A DNA stretch of 63,694 bases, filler included, from Octopus bimaculoides (GCF_001194135.2; 8 parts of 5 records of this genome joined end to end with filler, not necessarily neighbours in it); one strand, 5' to 3'; numbered from the whole stretch's first letter, positions 1 to 12,236 are shown. Program-made: numbers and translations. The notes: a model not told the origin generated them from the letters alone.

Positions 1-95
1 CCACCCCTAGGGGTCAGCCACACTTAAGTGGCAATATACTACACTTTATCGTGCAGTTACTGTTAATACTTCATTTAGAGAATTAACATTGCTTA

Positions 96-135
<40 letters not shown>

Positions 136-431
136 AACGTAAATACATGCACAGAAACGCACTCATTTATTATACAAACATACACACGTACATCGTCTTC
201 AATATTTCGGGAAAAACCGCTAAGATAAAAGGTATTAGAAGATGATAAATCAATAATCCAATAATATTTAACGCTATTACAGAATATATCGAGGCAGACT
301 AAACATTGTAGCAAAATCGAAAGTGGCAACAGCTTAAACAATAAGTATTACAACATATTATCAATGTTGTGGCCTGCACCATGTCGACACTAACAGTGAA
401 TGAAGTAAGACGGTTTGTCCCATTCTTTGGT

Positions 432-608
432 GGTAGGTAGGTAGGTTGGTAGGTAAATAAGTATGTATGTATGTATGTATGTGTCTATGTGTATGTATCT
501 ACCTATCGATAGATAGATAGATATAAGTATGTATATCTATGTATGTATATATTTATGTATATATGTGTATACTTGTAATATATATGTGTATATACATGAC
601 TCTCTCTT

Positions 609-645
<37 letters not shown>

Positions 646-770
646 GTGCGCGCATATGTATACATATGTATGCATATATACATACATAGGTATACATATA
701 TACATATGCATATATAAAATATGTAATATTTAACATATATATATGTGGATAGACAGACAGACAGACAGAC

Positions 771-838
<68 letters not shown>

Positions 839-839
839 C

Positions 840-892
<53 letters not shown>

Positions 893-960
893 GTAAATCT
901 ATAGGTAGGTAGGTAGGTAGATTCACGATCTATCTACCAGTCTGTCTGTCTGTCTGCTGG
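432..960. repeat. Compound microsatellite block (TAGG, TATG, TA, GACA, GATA)
   Basis: Directly visible di- and tetranucleotide runs. Confidence 0.95.
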
Positions 961-2152
961 TGGTGTGTTTATGATGTTAGAGCAATATACGTTTTTATTC
1001 ATTCTCTAAGGAGTAATGCCATTAAATGCCAAAAATTTCTAGCTTCCCCGCCTCCAATTGAAGCTTTCTTCAAGAATACCACCACCACCACAAACACAAA
1101 CACAGCCACCCTTAGGATCACCTCCACCTTCTTCATTCACTTTTCCAATAGTCGTTCGCATCGATTTTAAAGTCTGCCCAGGGAGAAAACAAATTAACCA
1201 TATTTAATATATATANNNNNNNNNNNNNNNNNNNNNNNNNNNNNNNNNNNNNNNNNNNNNNNNNNNNNNNNNNNNNNNNNNNNNNNNNNNNNNNNNNNNN
1301 NNNNNNNNNNNNNNNNNNNNNNNNNNNNNNNNNNNNNNNNNNNNNNNNNNNNNNNNNNNNNNNNNNNNNNNNNNNNNNNNNNNNNNNNNNNNNNNNNNNN
1401 NNNNNNNNNNNNNNNNNNNNNNNNNNNNNNNNNNNNNNNNNNNNNNNNNNNNNNNNNNNNNNNNNNNNNNNNNNNNNNNNNNNNNNNNNNNNNNNNNNNN
1501 NNNNNNNNNNNNNNNNNNNNNNNNNNNNNNNNNNNNNNNNNNNNNNNNNNNNNNNNNNNNNNNNNNNNNNNNNNNNNNNNNNNNNNNNNNNNNNNNNNNN
1601 NNNNNNNNNNNNNNNNNNNNNNNNNNNNNNNNNNNNNNNNNNNNNNNNNNNNNNNNNNNNNNNNNNNNNNNNNNNNNNNNNNNNNNNNNNNNNNNNNNNN
1701 NNNNNNNNNNNNNNNNNNNNNNNNNNNNNNNNNNNNNNNNNNNNNNNNNNNNNNNNNNNNNNNNNNNNNNNNNNNNNNNNNNNNNNNNNNNNNNNNNNNN
1801 NNNNNNNNNNNNNNNNNNNNNNNNNNNNNNNNNNNNNNNNNNNNNNNNNNNNNNNNNNNNNNNNNNNNNNNNNNNNNNNNNNNNNNNNNNNNNNNNNNNN
1901 NNNNNNNNNNNNNNNNNNNNNNNNNNNNNNNNNNNNNNNNNNNNNNNNNNNNNNNNNNNNNNNNNNNNNNNNNNNNNNNNNNNNNNNNNNNNNNNNNNNN
2001 NNNNNNNNNNNNNNNNNNNNNNNNNNNNNNNNNNNNNNNNNNNNNNNNNNNNNNNNNNNNNNNNNNNNNNNNNNNNNNNNNNNNNNNNNNNNNNNNNNNN
2101 NNNNNNNNNNNNNNNNNNNNNNNNNNNNNNNNNNNNNNNNNNNNNNNNNNNN

Positions 2153-2415
2153 GTTTATCTATCTATATGTCTGTCTGTCTGTCTATCTGCCTATCTGTCC
2201 GTATGTCGGTCTGTATCTACCTGGCTGTCTGTTTGTCTGTCTGTTCGTCTGTTTGTATCTAACTGGTTGTCTGTCCGTTCGTCTGTCTGTCTACCTATCT
2301 ATCTATCTATCTGTCTGTCTGTCTATCTATCTGTCTGTCTGTCTGTCTGTTTGTGCGTGCGTACATACATACATACATACATACATACATACATACATAC
2401 CTGCATATATACGCA
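2153..2415. repeat. Compound (TCTG/TCTA/TACA)n microsatellite
   Basis: Directly visible. Confidence 0.95.
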
Positions 2416-2419
2416 TATA

Positions 2420-3260
2420 CGAAATGCATTCCAAAAGTTTTGGGACTTTTTTTAGGAGCAGCAGTTATAATTGTCCGAGAATATTGTAATTTTAGTACAT
2501 CATTACTGTACATCTATTAAGTTGACCTGTCAAATTTTGTCACTACAAATTGAAGGAGATGGCTGTAACAGCACTCTGAATACAATCTACTATTAACTGC
2601 TTGCCATAGCTGAATAGTGTGCAGAATATAGTTGGGGCATGAAGACAAATTGGAAACTGGGCAAAAACGCTCTAGAATCTCATGAAATGCTCCCGACTGC
2701 TTATCGATTAATTTTCATGAACCGAGGTTATGTTTTTCAAGAGCACAAGAAGCCAGTTGAAGCAAGCCCGCCGGGATGCCCATGACGATCCCTTTTCGAC
2801 AATAAGGGCATTGACTACATTCAGTGAGTTTCTATAGGCCATACGGTCAACAAAGAGTACTTTCTAGGGATTTTGATTTTGATGGAGTTCAGGAAGTGAT
2901 TTGGTCGCTCGGGTTCGTGGTACCTGCTCCAGGACAAATTACTGGTACACAATTCCATCCTGGTTATTAATTACTTGACAGAGATGGGTATGAAAACTGT
3001 TCTTCATCCTCCATGCAGTCCCGATCTTGCTCCTTGGGACTTTTGATTTGTTCTCCGGGCTGAAGGAGACAAAAGAGCTGCGACAAGGGCCATAGAGACC
3101 TTCATTTTGAAAAACTTCTACGAGGCCTTCATGAAGTAACTGAAGCGTTAGAAGTGCATTCAAGTTAGGGGATCCTACTTCGAAGGAGATAAGAATTTTG
3201 CATTTTTTTAATATTAATGTCTCTCCTGAAAAAGTCTAAAAAACTCTGGAATGCATTTTG
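2420..3260 (+). mobile_element. Internally deleted mariner (DD34D) transposon remnant
   Basis: Imperfect ~40-bp TIRs (CGAAATGCATTCCAAAAGTTTTGGGACTTTTTTTAGGAG vs reverse complement of 3223-3260) flanked by TA. Transposase fragments KLGKNALESHEML, TVNKEY, GSWYLLQDK..HPPCSPDLAPWDF (2912-3043) and KCIQV-GSYFEGDK. A deletion near 2781 removes the WVPHxL region. Confidence 0.93.
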
Positions 3261-3994
3261 TATATATATATATATNNNNNNNNNNNNNNNNNNNNNNNNN
3301 NNNNNNNNNNNNNNNNNNNNNNNNNNNNNNNNNNNNNNNNNNNNNNNNNNNNNNNNNNNNNNNNNNNNNNNNNNNNNNNNNNNNNNNNNNNNNNNNNNNN
3401 NNNNNNNNNNNNNNNNNNNNNNNNNNNNNNNNNNNNNNNNNNNNNNNNNNNNNNNNNNNNNNNNNNNNNNNNNNNNNNNNNNNNNNNNNNNNNNNNNNNN
3501 NNNNNNNNNNNNNNNNNNNNNNNNNNNNNNNNNNNNNNNNNNNNNNNNNNNNNNNNNNNNNNNNNNNNNNNNNNNNNNNNNNNNNNNNNNNNNNNNNNNN
3601 NNNNNNNNNNNNNNNNNNNNNNNNNNNNNNNNNNNNNNNNNNNNNNNNNNNNNNNNNNNNNNNNNNNNNNNNNNNNNNNNNNNNNNNNNNNNNNNNNNNN
3701 NNNNNNNNNNNNNNNNNNNNNNNNNNNNNNNNNNNNNNNNNNNNNNNNNNNNNNNNNNNNNNNNNNNNNNNNNNNNNNNNNNNNNNNNNNNNNNNNNNNN
3801 NNNNNNNNNNNNNNNNNNNNNNNNNNNNNNNNNNNNNNNNNNNNNNNNNNNNNNNNNNNNNNNNNNNNNNNNNNNNNNNNNNNNNNNNNNNNNNNNNNNN
3901 NNNNNNNNNNNNNNNNNNNNNNNNNNNNNNNNNNNNNNNNNNNNNNNNNNNNNNNNNNNNNNNNNNNNNNNNNNNNNNNNNNNNNNNNNNNNNN

Positions 3995-4130
3995 CGGCTT
4001 GAGGCAAAACAAATTAATTGTCCTTGCCTTCGAAACGCGGAGTAGATGGAACAGGGACAATTGACGAAGGGGTATACTCTTTATGTTGCATGCCTTGTTT
4101 CTCTGTATGTTGTTTTCGTTGTTCGAAAAC
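3995..4130 (+). mobile_element. Probable PLE terminal-repeat fragment with two decayed hammerhead-like motifs
   Basis: GAGGCAA..TTGCCTTC stem followed by GAAACGCGGA, then GGACAA-TTGACGA-AGGGG, which resembles the 60376 motif. Confidence 0.35.
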
Positions 4131-4289
4131 AGTTCGTTTTCTGTTTTCGTTTCTCATTGTGTTTTACGTTTTTTTTAATGTCATGTGCCCCTAGATACAT
4201 GTATGTATATATATAGATGTAGGTATGCACATATATTTATATATTATTTATATTGTTATATGATCGAACGCCACGCATCCTGTTCCAAG

Positions 4290-4353
<64 letters not shown>

Positions 4354-5211
4354 NNNNNNNNNNNNNNNNNNNNNNNNNNNNNNNNNNNNNNNNNNNNNNN
4401 NNNNNNNNNNNNNNNNNNNNNNNNNNNNNNNNNNNNNNNNNNNNNNNNNNNNNNNNNNNNNNNNNNNNNNNNNNNNNNNNNNNNNNNNNNNNNNNNNNNN
4501 NNNNNNNNNNNNNNNNNNNNNNNNNNNNNNNNNNNNNNNNNNNNNNNNNNNNNNNNNNNNNNNNNNNNNNNNNNNNNNNNNNNNNNNNNNNNNNNNNNNN
4601 NNNNNNNNNNNNNNNNNNNNNNNNNNNNNNNNNNNNNNNNNNNNNNNNNNNNNNNNNNNNNNNNNNNNNNNNNNNNNNNNNNNNNNNNNNNNNNNNNNNN
4701 NNNNNNNNNNNNNNNNNNNNNNNNNNNNNNNNNNNNNNNNNNNNNNNNNNNNNNNNNNNNNNNNNNNNNNNNNNNNNNNNNNNNNNNNNNNNNNNNNNNN
4801 NNNNNNNNNNNNNNNNNNNNNNNNNNNNNNNNNNNNNNNNNNNNNNNNNNNNNNNNNNNNNNNNNNNNNNNNNNNNNNNNNNNNNNNNNNNNNNNNNNNN
4901 NNNNNNNNNNNNNNNNNNNNNNNNNNNNNNNNNNNNNNNNNNNNNNNNNNNNNNNNNNNNNNNNNNNNNNNNNNNNNNNNNNNNNNNNNNNNNNNNNNNN
5001 NNNNNNNNNNNNNNNNNNNNNNNNNNNNNNNNNNNNNNNNNNNNNNNNNNNNNNNNNNNNNNNNNNNNNNNNNNNNNNNNNNNNNNNNNNNNNAGAAATA
5101 TAACAAAAGCTGTTGCTCAGAGTTACACAACAACTTTTGTTATATTTCTGATTATTTTTAATACTCTACCTCTTTGAGTACTCTTTTTTCCCACCTTGTT
5201 TCACATTTATA

Positions 5212-5265
<54 letters not shown>

Positions 5266-5526
5266 CACACACATGCATACATATATATATATGTATACAC
5301 ACACACACACACACAAATTACATTGATTTTTAAGATTGAATGTTCTGGCGTAAGTAACAGGTGTTACTCCTGAAATGTGTTGGTGAGCGTGTTTGTATGT
5401 TAGGTAACTCTTAATGGTACTGGTAACATGTAATCCTGTACAACCGCTTGCATATTCGGGTCAACGCCGACTAAACTGGTAACTCTTCACTGCCTGATTG
5501 ATGCGGTGGGTGATTTTCAGTGGACA

Positions 5527-5853
5527 GTGAAGACGCGTAGCTTAGTGGTTAGGGCATTCGGCTCACAATCGTAATGTCGTGAGTTCGATTCCCAGCGAAG
5601 CGTTGTGTCCTTAAGCAAGACACTTTATTTCACGTTGCTCCAGTCCACTCAGCTGGCAAAAATGAGTAGTACCTGTATTTCAAAGGGCCGGCCTTCTCAC
5701 GCTATGTGTCACGCTGAGTCTCCCTGAGAACTACGTTGGGGGTACACGTGTCTGTGTGGAGTGCTCAGCCGCTTGCACGTTAATTTCACGAGCAAGCTGT
5801 TCCGTTGATCGGATCAACTGGAACACTCGCCGTCGTAACCGACGGAGTGCTCC
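5527..5853 (+). mobile_element. tRNA-derived SINE, family A (head type 1)
   Basis: A box TAGCTTAGTGG and B box GAGTTCGATTCC. Tail shared with copies at 8250, 24548 and 28023. Perfect 10-bp TSD TCAGTGGACA (5517-5526, 5854-5863). Confidence 0.93.
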
Positions 5854-6374
5854 TCAGTGGACACCCTGAAAAGCCTATCATCGGGGCTGATGAACTAGGT
5901 AGAGTCAACGACCATCCGACAGCTGGAAGTGAGAGACCCCTAAACTTTGTTTAGACATATCTTTAGAAGAAAGAAAACTGTGATGTATCCACCTGCGACT
6001 TCGTTTACATCCAACGATGTAGACGTCCTTATTTTTGGGCAAATTCATTCATTGTTTAGACAGTGGGAGCGACTTTGTGCAAGGCCTTTCTCCACTCTAA
6101 AATGCTTGATGCACGGGCATTAGACATCTTTATTATGTGCTGTGCACTAACGCTGGCCATAGGCGATAATGGTAAAAAAAAAACTGAATGAGTGAAAATT
6201 TCCATGATAGAATGAAGGCATGTGTCAGCGTCAGCGGTAAGCTCTGTCAACACCTGCTACAAGAGGCAACTACCATTACCACACCTTTGCAAAAGTTAAT
6301 GGATCCCAAGAATGACTGAAATGCCACATCGACACTGCTCATGTTTAAGAAAACGGTCAAGCGACGGCATTATC

Positions 6375-6678
6375 TTTTATCTTGTGTTAGACATTAGGCT
6401 GCGGCCATACTGGGGCACCACCTTGAAGAATGTGTAGGCGAATGAATCGATCTCGGTACTTACCTTTTCTTTTATTTTAAAGTTTGGTACTTATTCTATC
6501 CATCTTTTGCTGAACCGTAAAGTTACGGGGACGTAAACACCAACACCGGTTGTAAACTTATGGTGCGGGGGTCGGCCTGAGGCTATAGTAGAAGACACTT
6601 GCCCAAGGTGCCATGCAGTGGGACTGAACCCAGAACCATATGGTTGGTAAGCAAGCTACTTACCACACAACCACACCT
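6375..6678 (-). mobile_element. Composite SINE, family C head plus D tail
   Basis: Reverse complement matches 42914-43320 and 18518-18830; tRNA-like head TGGCTGTGTGG / GGTTCAGTCCC. Confidence 0.88.
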
Positions 6679-7265
6679 GTATATATATATGCATTAGTGT
6701 GTGTATATGTATATATGTGTGTGTGTGTGTGTGTGTGTATGTAAGTATGTTTGTATTTATACCAGTGTTGTGTGGCATATGGCGGTTAGCTTTGGAAGTA
6801 TGTGTTTTTGCTATCGTGAGTAACATCAAAAAATATACCCTACATACAATAAATATAATTTAACTTTTATTTAATTTCTTGCTACTTACACAAAATGCTG
6901 AGATGAATAGTAATTTTTAAGAGAAAAAATATTTATTACTTTAAAATAAAATTGGATAAAAACAGATATCTGATTTGAATGGCTCCTCTCACAGCTACTC
7001 TATCGCTAATGCTTCCTCTCTTCCTCGTTGTCCTCTGTTGCTCTCTCTCTTTCTTTCCCTTTCTCCCGCCCCCTCTCTCTCTCTTCACTCATCTGTTCCA
7101 CTTATGTGAACTCGCTCTGTAACTCTATTTTATTCTCTCTCTCCCCTCTGCTTCTATATGATGTAACGCAAAGCAAAGCTAGTGAATCAACCGACCTAAC
7201 AATTATATCAGCTATTACACACACACACACACACACACGCACACTTACATACACGTACAAATATT

Positions 7266-7302
<37 letters not shown>

Positions 7303-7304
7303 GT

Positions 7305-7465
7305 TCGACAGGCTCCTTTTCAGCTTCCGTCTACCAAATCCACTCACATGACTTTGGTCGGCCCGAGGATATAAAAGAAGACACGTGCCCAAGGTGCCAC
7401 GCAGTGGGTCTGAACCCGGAACCACGTGGCTGGAAAGTAAACTTCTTACCACTCAGTCACTCCTA
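7305..7465 (-). mobile_element. SINE family C head
   Basis: Homologous to 42914-43060; followed on its own strand by a (CTAT)n/(TG)n tract. Confidence 0.85.
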
Positions 7466-7518
7466 CACACACACACAAACAAACATACACATGCGCACAT
7501 ACACATATATATTCTTAT

Positions 7519-8053
7519 ACGGGACTGGCTTTAAGCCAATTAGACAGATTTTTTTCAATTTGGGCCCACACGCTCGAGCGGATGAATGAAACATTTCCTA
7601 ATGTCTTTTTTTTCTTTTAATCGTTTTGAGGATTTACTTAAAAATACTCGCAAATGTCGCATCAGTCGAAAGAAGATTTTTTTTTTCTAAACTAAAATTG
7701 ATTAATCTAGAGTCAACAATTTCACAGAGAGAGTAAAATGACACTACAAAACCATTCACTTTGAAATGATTTTGAAAGACTTCTCATAAAAAAAAAAGCC
7801 AGAAAAGTTTGTTTTTAGAAGGCCTATTTACACAAGTTATATTACTAATTATCTTGACTTGTAATAAAAGATTAAAACTTTCATTGTGGCTAATGATGGA
7901 GCCTAAAGCTCTCAACGTTTTTTGGCTGGGACCTGGCATACTACAAGAAACATAAAACATCAATCTTCAGTTTTTGAAGAATAGAGGGCCTCACTGACAA
8001 TTCTGTAATTGGGCCTAATAGGGCCCTGCACTTCCTAGTGTTGGGCGTGTCCC
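7519..8053 (+). mobile_element. Internally deleted hAT transposon remnant
   Basis: Encodes decayed hAT C-terminal dimerisation motifs ETFPNV, LRIYLKILANVASVERR(FF)FSKLKLINLESTISQ and DFS*KKARKV. Degenerate GC-rich termini (GGGACTGGCTTTAAGCC ... GGGCCCTG..GTCCCT). Confidence 0.8.
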
Positions 8054-8249
8054 TATATATCCTCTAACCTCGTTCTCTCATATCCGTTACATAACTCTCC
8101 CTATTTTTTCCAGCTAGAGAAGTCATATGTCTCCTCTTCAGCCAGATATATCTGACTTCTTCTATCGTACTTTCATCTCCCTCAATACTATACTGCCATT
8201 CAGTTGAGGTGTTTCGTCTTGTGAGTTATTTAGTGCTACCGTGACCACG

Positions 8250-8633
8250 GTGGAGGCGCAATGGCTCAGTGGTTAGGGCAGCGGACTCGCGGTCATAGGA
8301 TCGCGGTTTCGATTCCCAGACCAGGCGTTGTGAGTGTTTATTGAACGAAAACACCTAAAGCTCCACGAGGCTCCGGTAGTGGATGGTGGCGAACCCTGCT
8401 GTACTCTTTCACCACAACTTTCTCTCACTCTTACTTCCTGTTTCTGCTGTGCCTGTAATTCAAAGGGTCAGCCTTGTCATACTGTGTCACGCTGAATATC
8501 CCCGAGAACTACGTTAAGAGTACACGTGTCTGTGGAGTGCTCAGCCACTTGCACGTTAATTTCACGAGCAGGCTGTTCCGTTGATCGGATCAACTGGAAC
8601 CCTCGACGTCGTAACCGACGGAGTGCCAACAAA
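8250..8633 (+). mobile_element. tRNA-derived SINE, family A (head type 2)
   Basis: A box TGGCTCAGTGG, B box GGTTTCGATTCC; 12-bp TSD ACCGTGAC(C/T)ACG at 8238-8249 and 8634-8645. Confidence 0.93.
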
Positions 8634-8674
8634 ACCGTGACTACGAAAAATAAAAAAAAACCGACATCTAGCAG

Positions 8675-8860
8675 ACTCTGTAAAGTAGCTGGCATTAGGA
8701 AGGGCATCCATCCAGCTGTAGAAACCCCGCCAAAGCAGAGAGTGGAGCTGGACGAAGTCCTTTAGCGTGTCTGTTCTTGTCGAACTGTACAACCCGTGCC
8801 AGCATGAAAAATGAACATTAAACGACGGCAACAATGATGATGATGATAACGATGATGATG
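8675..8860 (+). mobile_element. 5'-truncated SINE-like or LINE-tail fragment ending in (GAT)n
   Basis: AGGAAGGGCATCC...AACCCGTGCCAGCATGAAAA..CATTAAACGA followed by a (GAT)n tail; only one copy in the window. Confidence 0.45.
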
Positions 8861-9254
8861 TACATATATATGGCAGACTCTCCTGTCTGGAACGATGTAC
8901 GAATGTTCAGTAATCTGCAGCAATATATTTTACCTGTTTTACTGTCCTTGACATCATAGCCTCAGAACTTTTATATAAAAAAAAAACATAAATTTTAATT
9001 AAAATAAAATTTTTCTAAATAAGCATCATAACAACAGTTGTTACTGAACATCTGCTCGAAGAATATATTTTAAATGGAGAAAAAAAAACAAATTTGTAGC
9101 GTCTGACCTACCCTCTCAGTTGGAGCGCAATGTGTCACTTACCTGACACGAAACTACCGTGCTACGGAGGGTATGAATACAAAACCAAGACGGATCAGTT
9201 ATGATCTTTATTATTATCACTGACCAAAATCACATCTGAAATCTGAGATTTCAC

Positions 9255-9400
9255 TTGGTGGAGTTGCATGTTAAGAAGTTCGTTTTGCAACCATGTAGTT
9301 TCGGGTTCAAGTCCCACTGCGCAGCACCTAGAGCAAGTAAATGTCTTCTATTATAGCTCCTTGTGAGGGAAACAGTAGACGGAAACACTGGGGAAACCTG
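9255..9400 (+). mobile_element. Degenerate SINE family C head
   Basis: GGGTTCAAGTCCCACTGCG..GCAAGT..GTCTTCTATTATAGC, similar to 42914; followed by microsatellite 9405-9650. Confidence 0.7.
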
Positions 9401-9659
9401 TTGTGCATACATACGTACATACATACATACATACATACATATATACATACATACATATATACATACATATACATACATTTACATATGTACATATACATGT
9501 GTGCGTGCGTGTGTGTGTGTATTTGAGTGTGTGTGTGCGTGTGTGTATGCGTGTGTGTTTGTGTGTGTGTGAGTGTGTTTGTGCGTGTATGTGTGTGTGT
9601 GCGTGTGTGTGTGTGTATGTGTGTTTATGTGTGTGTGCGCGCGAGCGTGTATATACTTT

Positions 9660-10750
9660 TTTTGTTTTCTCTTTTTAATTTTAGAGTAAATTTTGACCTG
9701 CCACTCACTTGGTAACAAAGTTGTGAAGTAAATTATCATCTTTTGACCATCGTCCTTTAAATCTTAAGAAGGTCTCGCAGATTTATAGCCCTAGATATCG
9801 TTATCATTTATAGCATATGAATTAAGGATTTGCTTTTCTCCCCAAGATCCCAGGTTCAGCCATACTCTGTTCCAGGCGGGTTGGTATGTATCCTATTGCT
9901 CCAGTAATAATAGGTATGAAGCTGAAAGCATATCTTGAGAACTGGATTTTCAAACTCCTTATCAGAGGTTCATAAATGTCCCCTTTCTCTTGTATTTTTC
10001 TAACCATGTTCGTGTCGAGAGGAGAGCTGAGCTCCATAACAGAGCATATCTTTTCTTTTGTGGTCCCACACAACAATATCTGACCAGTTGTGTTTTAACT
10101 TGGTGGCTGTTTTAATTCTGAAGTTCCACCAATATTATTTTGACCCATGGATTTCAATATGGTCAACTTCATTCGTAGGCATTTCCTTTTTTGCACTGTT
10201 ATTTCTTTATTGCCCACAAGGGGCTAAACATAGAGGGGACAAACAAGGACAGACAGAGGTATTAAGTCGATTACGTCGGCCCCAGTGCGTAACTGGTACT
10301 TAATTTATCGACCCCGAAAGGATGAAAGGCAAAGTCGACCTCGGCGGAATTTGAACTCAGAACGTAACGGCAGACGAAATACCGCTAAGCATTTCGCCCG
10401 GCGTGCTAACGTTTCTGCCAGCTCGCCGCCTCTTTGCCCCGGACATTTTTGGTCACTGCATTATGCCTCATGGGAAGATATCTGGAAGACATTTTCTCAC
10501 AGTTAGCAATAATGTGGTTAATGTCTTTAGTGTTGCTCTTGCAAAACCTACATTTGTTGTCTGTCAACGTTTTCTGCCTTTTATGCTGTAGGTACTTTGA
10601 AGGGAGCTATTCTTCCTGGACTGCATGGATGTAGCCTTCAAAGTGAGATGTCATAAACTTGTCGGTACTCTATTCCAAACTCCCAAGCTTTTGACATGAT
10701 CACTCCCTTCTGTGGCTTATATTTTACGTGCCAAGTGTTCATGTACTTAC
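9660..10750 (-). mobile_element. 5'-truncated R4/Dong-like non-LTR retrotransposon (RLE type), pseudogenised
   Basis: Minus-strand translation: MTSHFEGYIHAVQEE*LPSKYL; CCHC knuckle KCRFCKSNTKDINHIIANC followed by RHNAV; endonuclease YWWNFRIKT..HNWSDIVVWD..ELSSPLD..EKGDIY..PIITGAIGYIP. Interrupted by a SINE. Confidence 0.88.
10199..10431 (-). mobile_element. SINE family B1 (B head plus LINE-derived tail) nested in the R4-like element
   Basis: Head AGGCGGCGAGCTGGCAGAAACGTTAGC, B box GAGTTCAAATTCC, tail CCCTTGTGGGCAATAAAGAAATAA; near-identical to 14984-15220. Confidence 0.92.
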
Positions 10751-10807
10751 TATCTTCTCTATGAACTAGTCCATGTATGTATGCATGTATGCATACATAT
10801 TATAAAT

Positions 10808-11062
10808 ATATCTCCCTTTCTTCTTAGCTCTCCTGTGTGACCCTTCTGTGTCGGCATTCGCCATGATAGATCGCTAACTACTACACACATTTTTTTCTCT
10901 CTTTGTTTCTCTCCTTGTTTTTTTCTGTGTTCTTTTCTGTGGAAGAGCGTAGACTCGAAACGTTAAAGACTTTTTCAATTCCCGAGTGTTATACTAATAC
11001 ATCTGTTTTTTGTTTTCTACACCACCTGTATTCGTCTGCTATTTTTTTTTTGTGAATTCTCT
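10808..11062 (+). mobile_element. Short interspersed element family G, copy 1 (PLE terminal-repeat-like, with HHR-like motif at 10932-10968)
   Basis: Homologous to 41700-41908 and 48099-48352; 3' end abuts (CT)n/(TA)n. Confidence 0.8.
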
Positions 11063-11102
11063 CTCACTCTCTCTCTCGGTATATATATATATATATATAT
11101 AT

Positions 11103-11202
11103 NNNNNNNNNNNNNNNNNNNNNNNNNNNNNNNNNNNNNNNNNNNNTTAATTAATTAANNNNNNNNNNNNNNNNNNNNNNNNNNNNNNNNNNNNNNNNNN
11201 NN
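11103..11202. other. Artificial scaffold linker N44-TTAATTAATTAA-N44
   Basis: Exact 100-bp spacer with stops in all six frames, repeated seven times in the window. Confidence 0.97.
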
Positions 11203-11619
11203 AGAAAGAGGTGGGAAGGGACATGAGAGGGAGACGAAGAGAAGGATCGAGAGGAAGAGAGAGGGGGAGAGGGAGAAGGATAGAGGAATAGAGGGTTAGA
11301 GGGAAAGAGAGGACAAGGGTGTGTAAGAGAGAGAGAGAGAAGACGGAAGAGAGAGAAAGGGAGAGTGGGAATGAAAGGAGACGGGGATGGAGAGGGAGAC
11401 AAGCACAGGAACAAGGAGAGACGGAGGGGGGGGAGAATGAGAGAAGCAGATGAGAGAGAAAGTGAGAGAGGGAGAGGGAAATGTGAGAAAGAACGTGAGA
11501 AACAGTGTGAGTGTGCATGAACGAGAGAGAGAGAGAGAGAGTGAGACGGCGGGAGAGTATGTGATGTCGCGAGAGAGAGCGGGATAGATTGATAGATAGA
11601 AAGAGAGGGAAGGAGTGAG

Positions 11620-11660
<41 letters not shown>

Positions 11661-11790
11661 CAAAGAGAGAAAGAGCGAGAGAGATAGACAAGATAAGGAC
11701 TGAGTATGATATAGAGAAAATGAAGGAGGAAATAAGAGAGAAAATGAGAGATAGATAGATAGATAGATAGAGATACAGAGAGAAAGAGAG
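11203..11790. repeat. GA-rich low-complexity / (GA)n, (GATA)n tract
   Basis: Directly visible. Confidence 0.9.
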
Positions 11791-12094
11791 GGGGAGTGAT
11801 TGTGTGTGTTTGCTTATGTGTGTGTGCCTGTGTCTCTATGCGTGAGAGTGGTAAGTGTGTTGTTGTTTAGTCCCAGGTCATTCTGGATCAAGATGACCTT
11901 ACGGTGAAAGGCGTTCCCGCCATGACCATGCCGCCATTCAATTGCTTTTTCAATCCAGACTCTAACAATCAACGACGACATTGTCCAAAGTGTCCTTCCC
12001 TTTCAATGGAAAGCTATTTGTGAAAAAGCTTAGCTGCAGTTTCTAGCACACGGTGCTACCATGTACAGGCTCCATGCTGGGTGTGGAAGTCTTG

Positions 12095-12201
12095 TACATG
12101 TTGTAGTAGCTGTAGTAGTTATTGTTAATCTTGGTAATAATAGTACTGGTGGTAGTTGTACTGGTATTAATAATAATAGTAGTTGTATTGTTGTGGCTGG
12201 A

Positions 12202-12236
<35 letters not shown>

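Noticed and set aside
5887-5893. CTGATGA as a hammerhead core
   Set aside because: No stem II closing onto a GAAA and no NUH/stem I found.
8250-8325. tRNA-like sequences with A and B boxes (also 5527, 24548, 28023)
   Set aside because: They run directly into SINE bodies flanked by TSDs and lack a complete cloverleaf 3' acceptor strand, so they are not tRNA genes.
8903-9051. 11-bp inverted repeat ATGTTCAGTAA / TTACTGAACAT
   Set aside because: Short, no TSD, no second copy; likely chance or an unrecognisable relic.
11865-12070. Probable interspersed repeat fragments
   Set aside because: No clear second copy, promoter boxes or TSD within the window to support a call.
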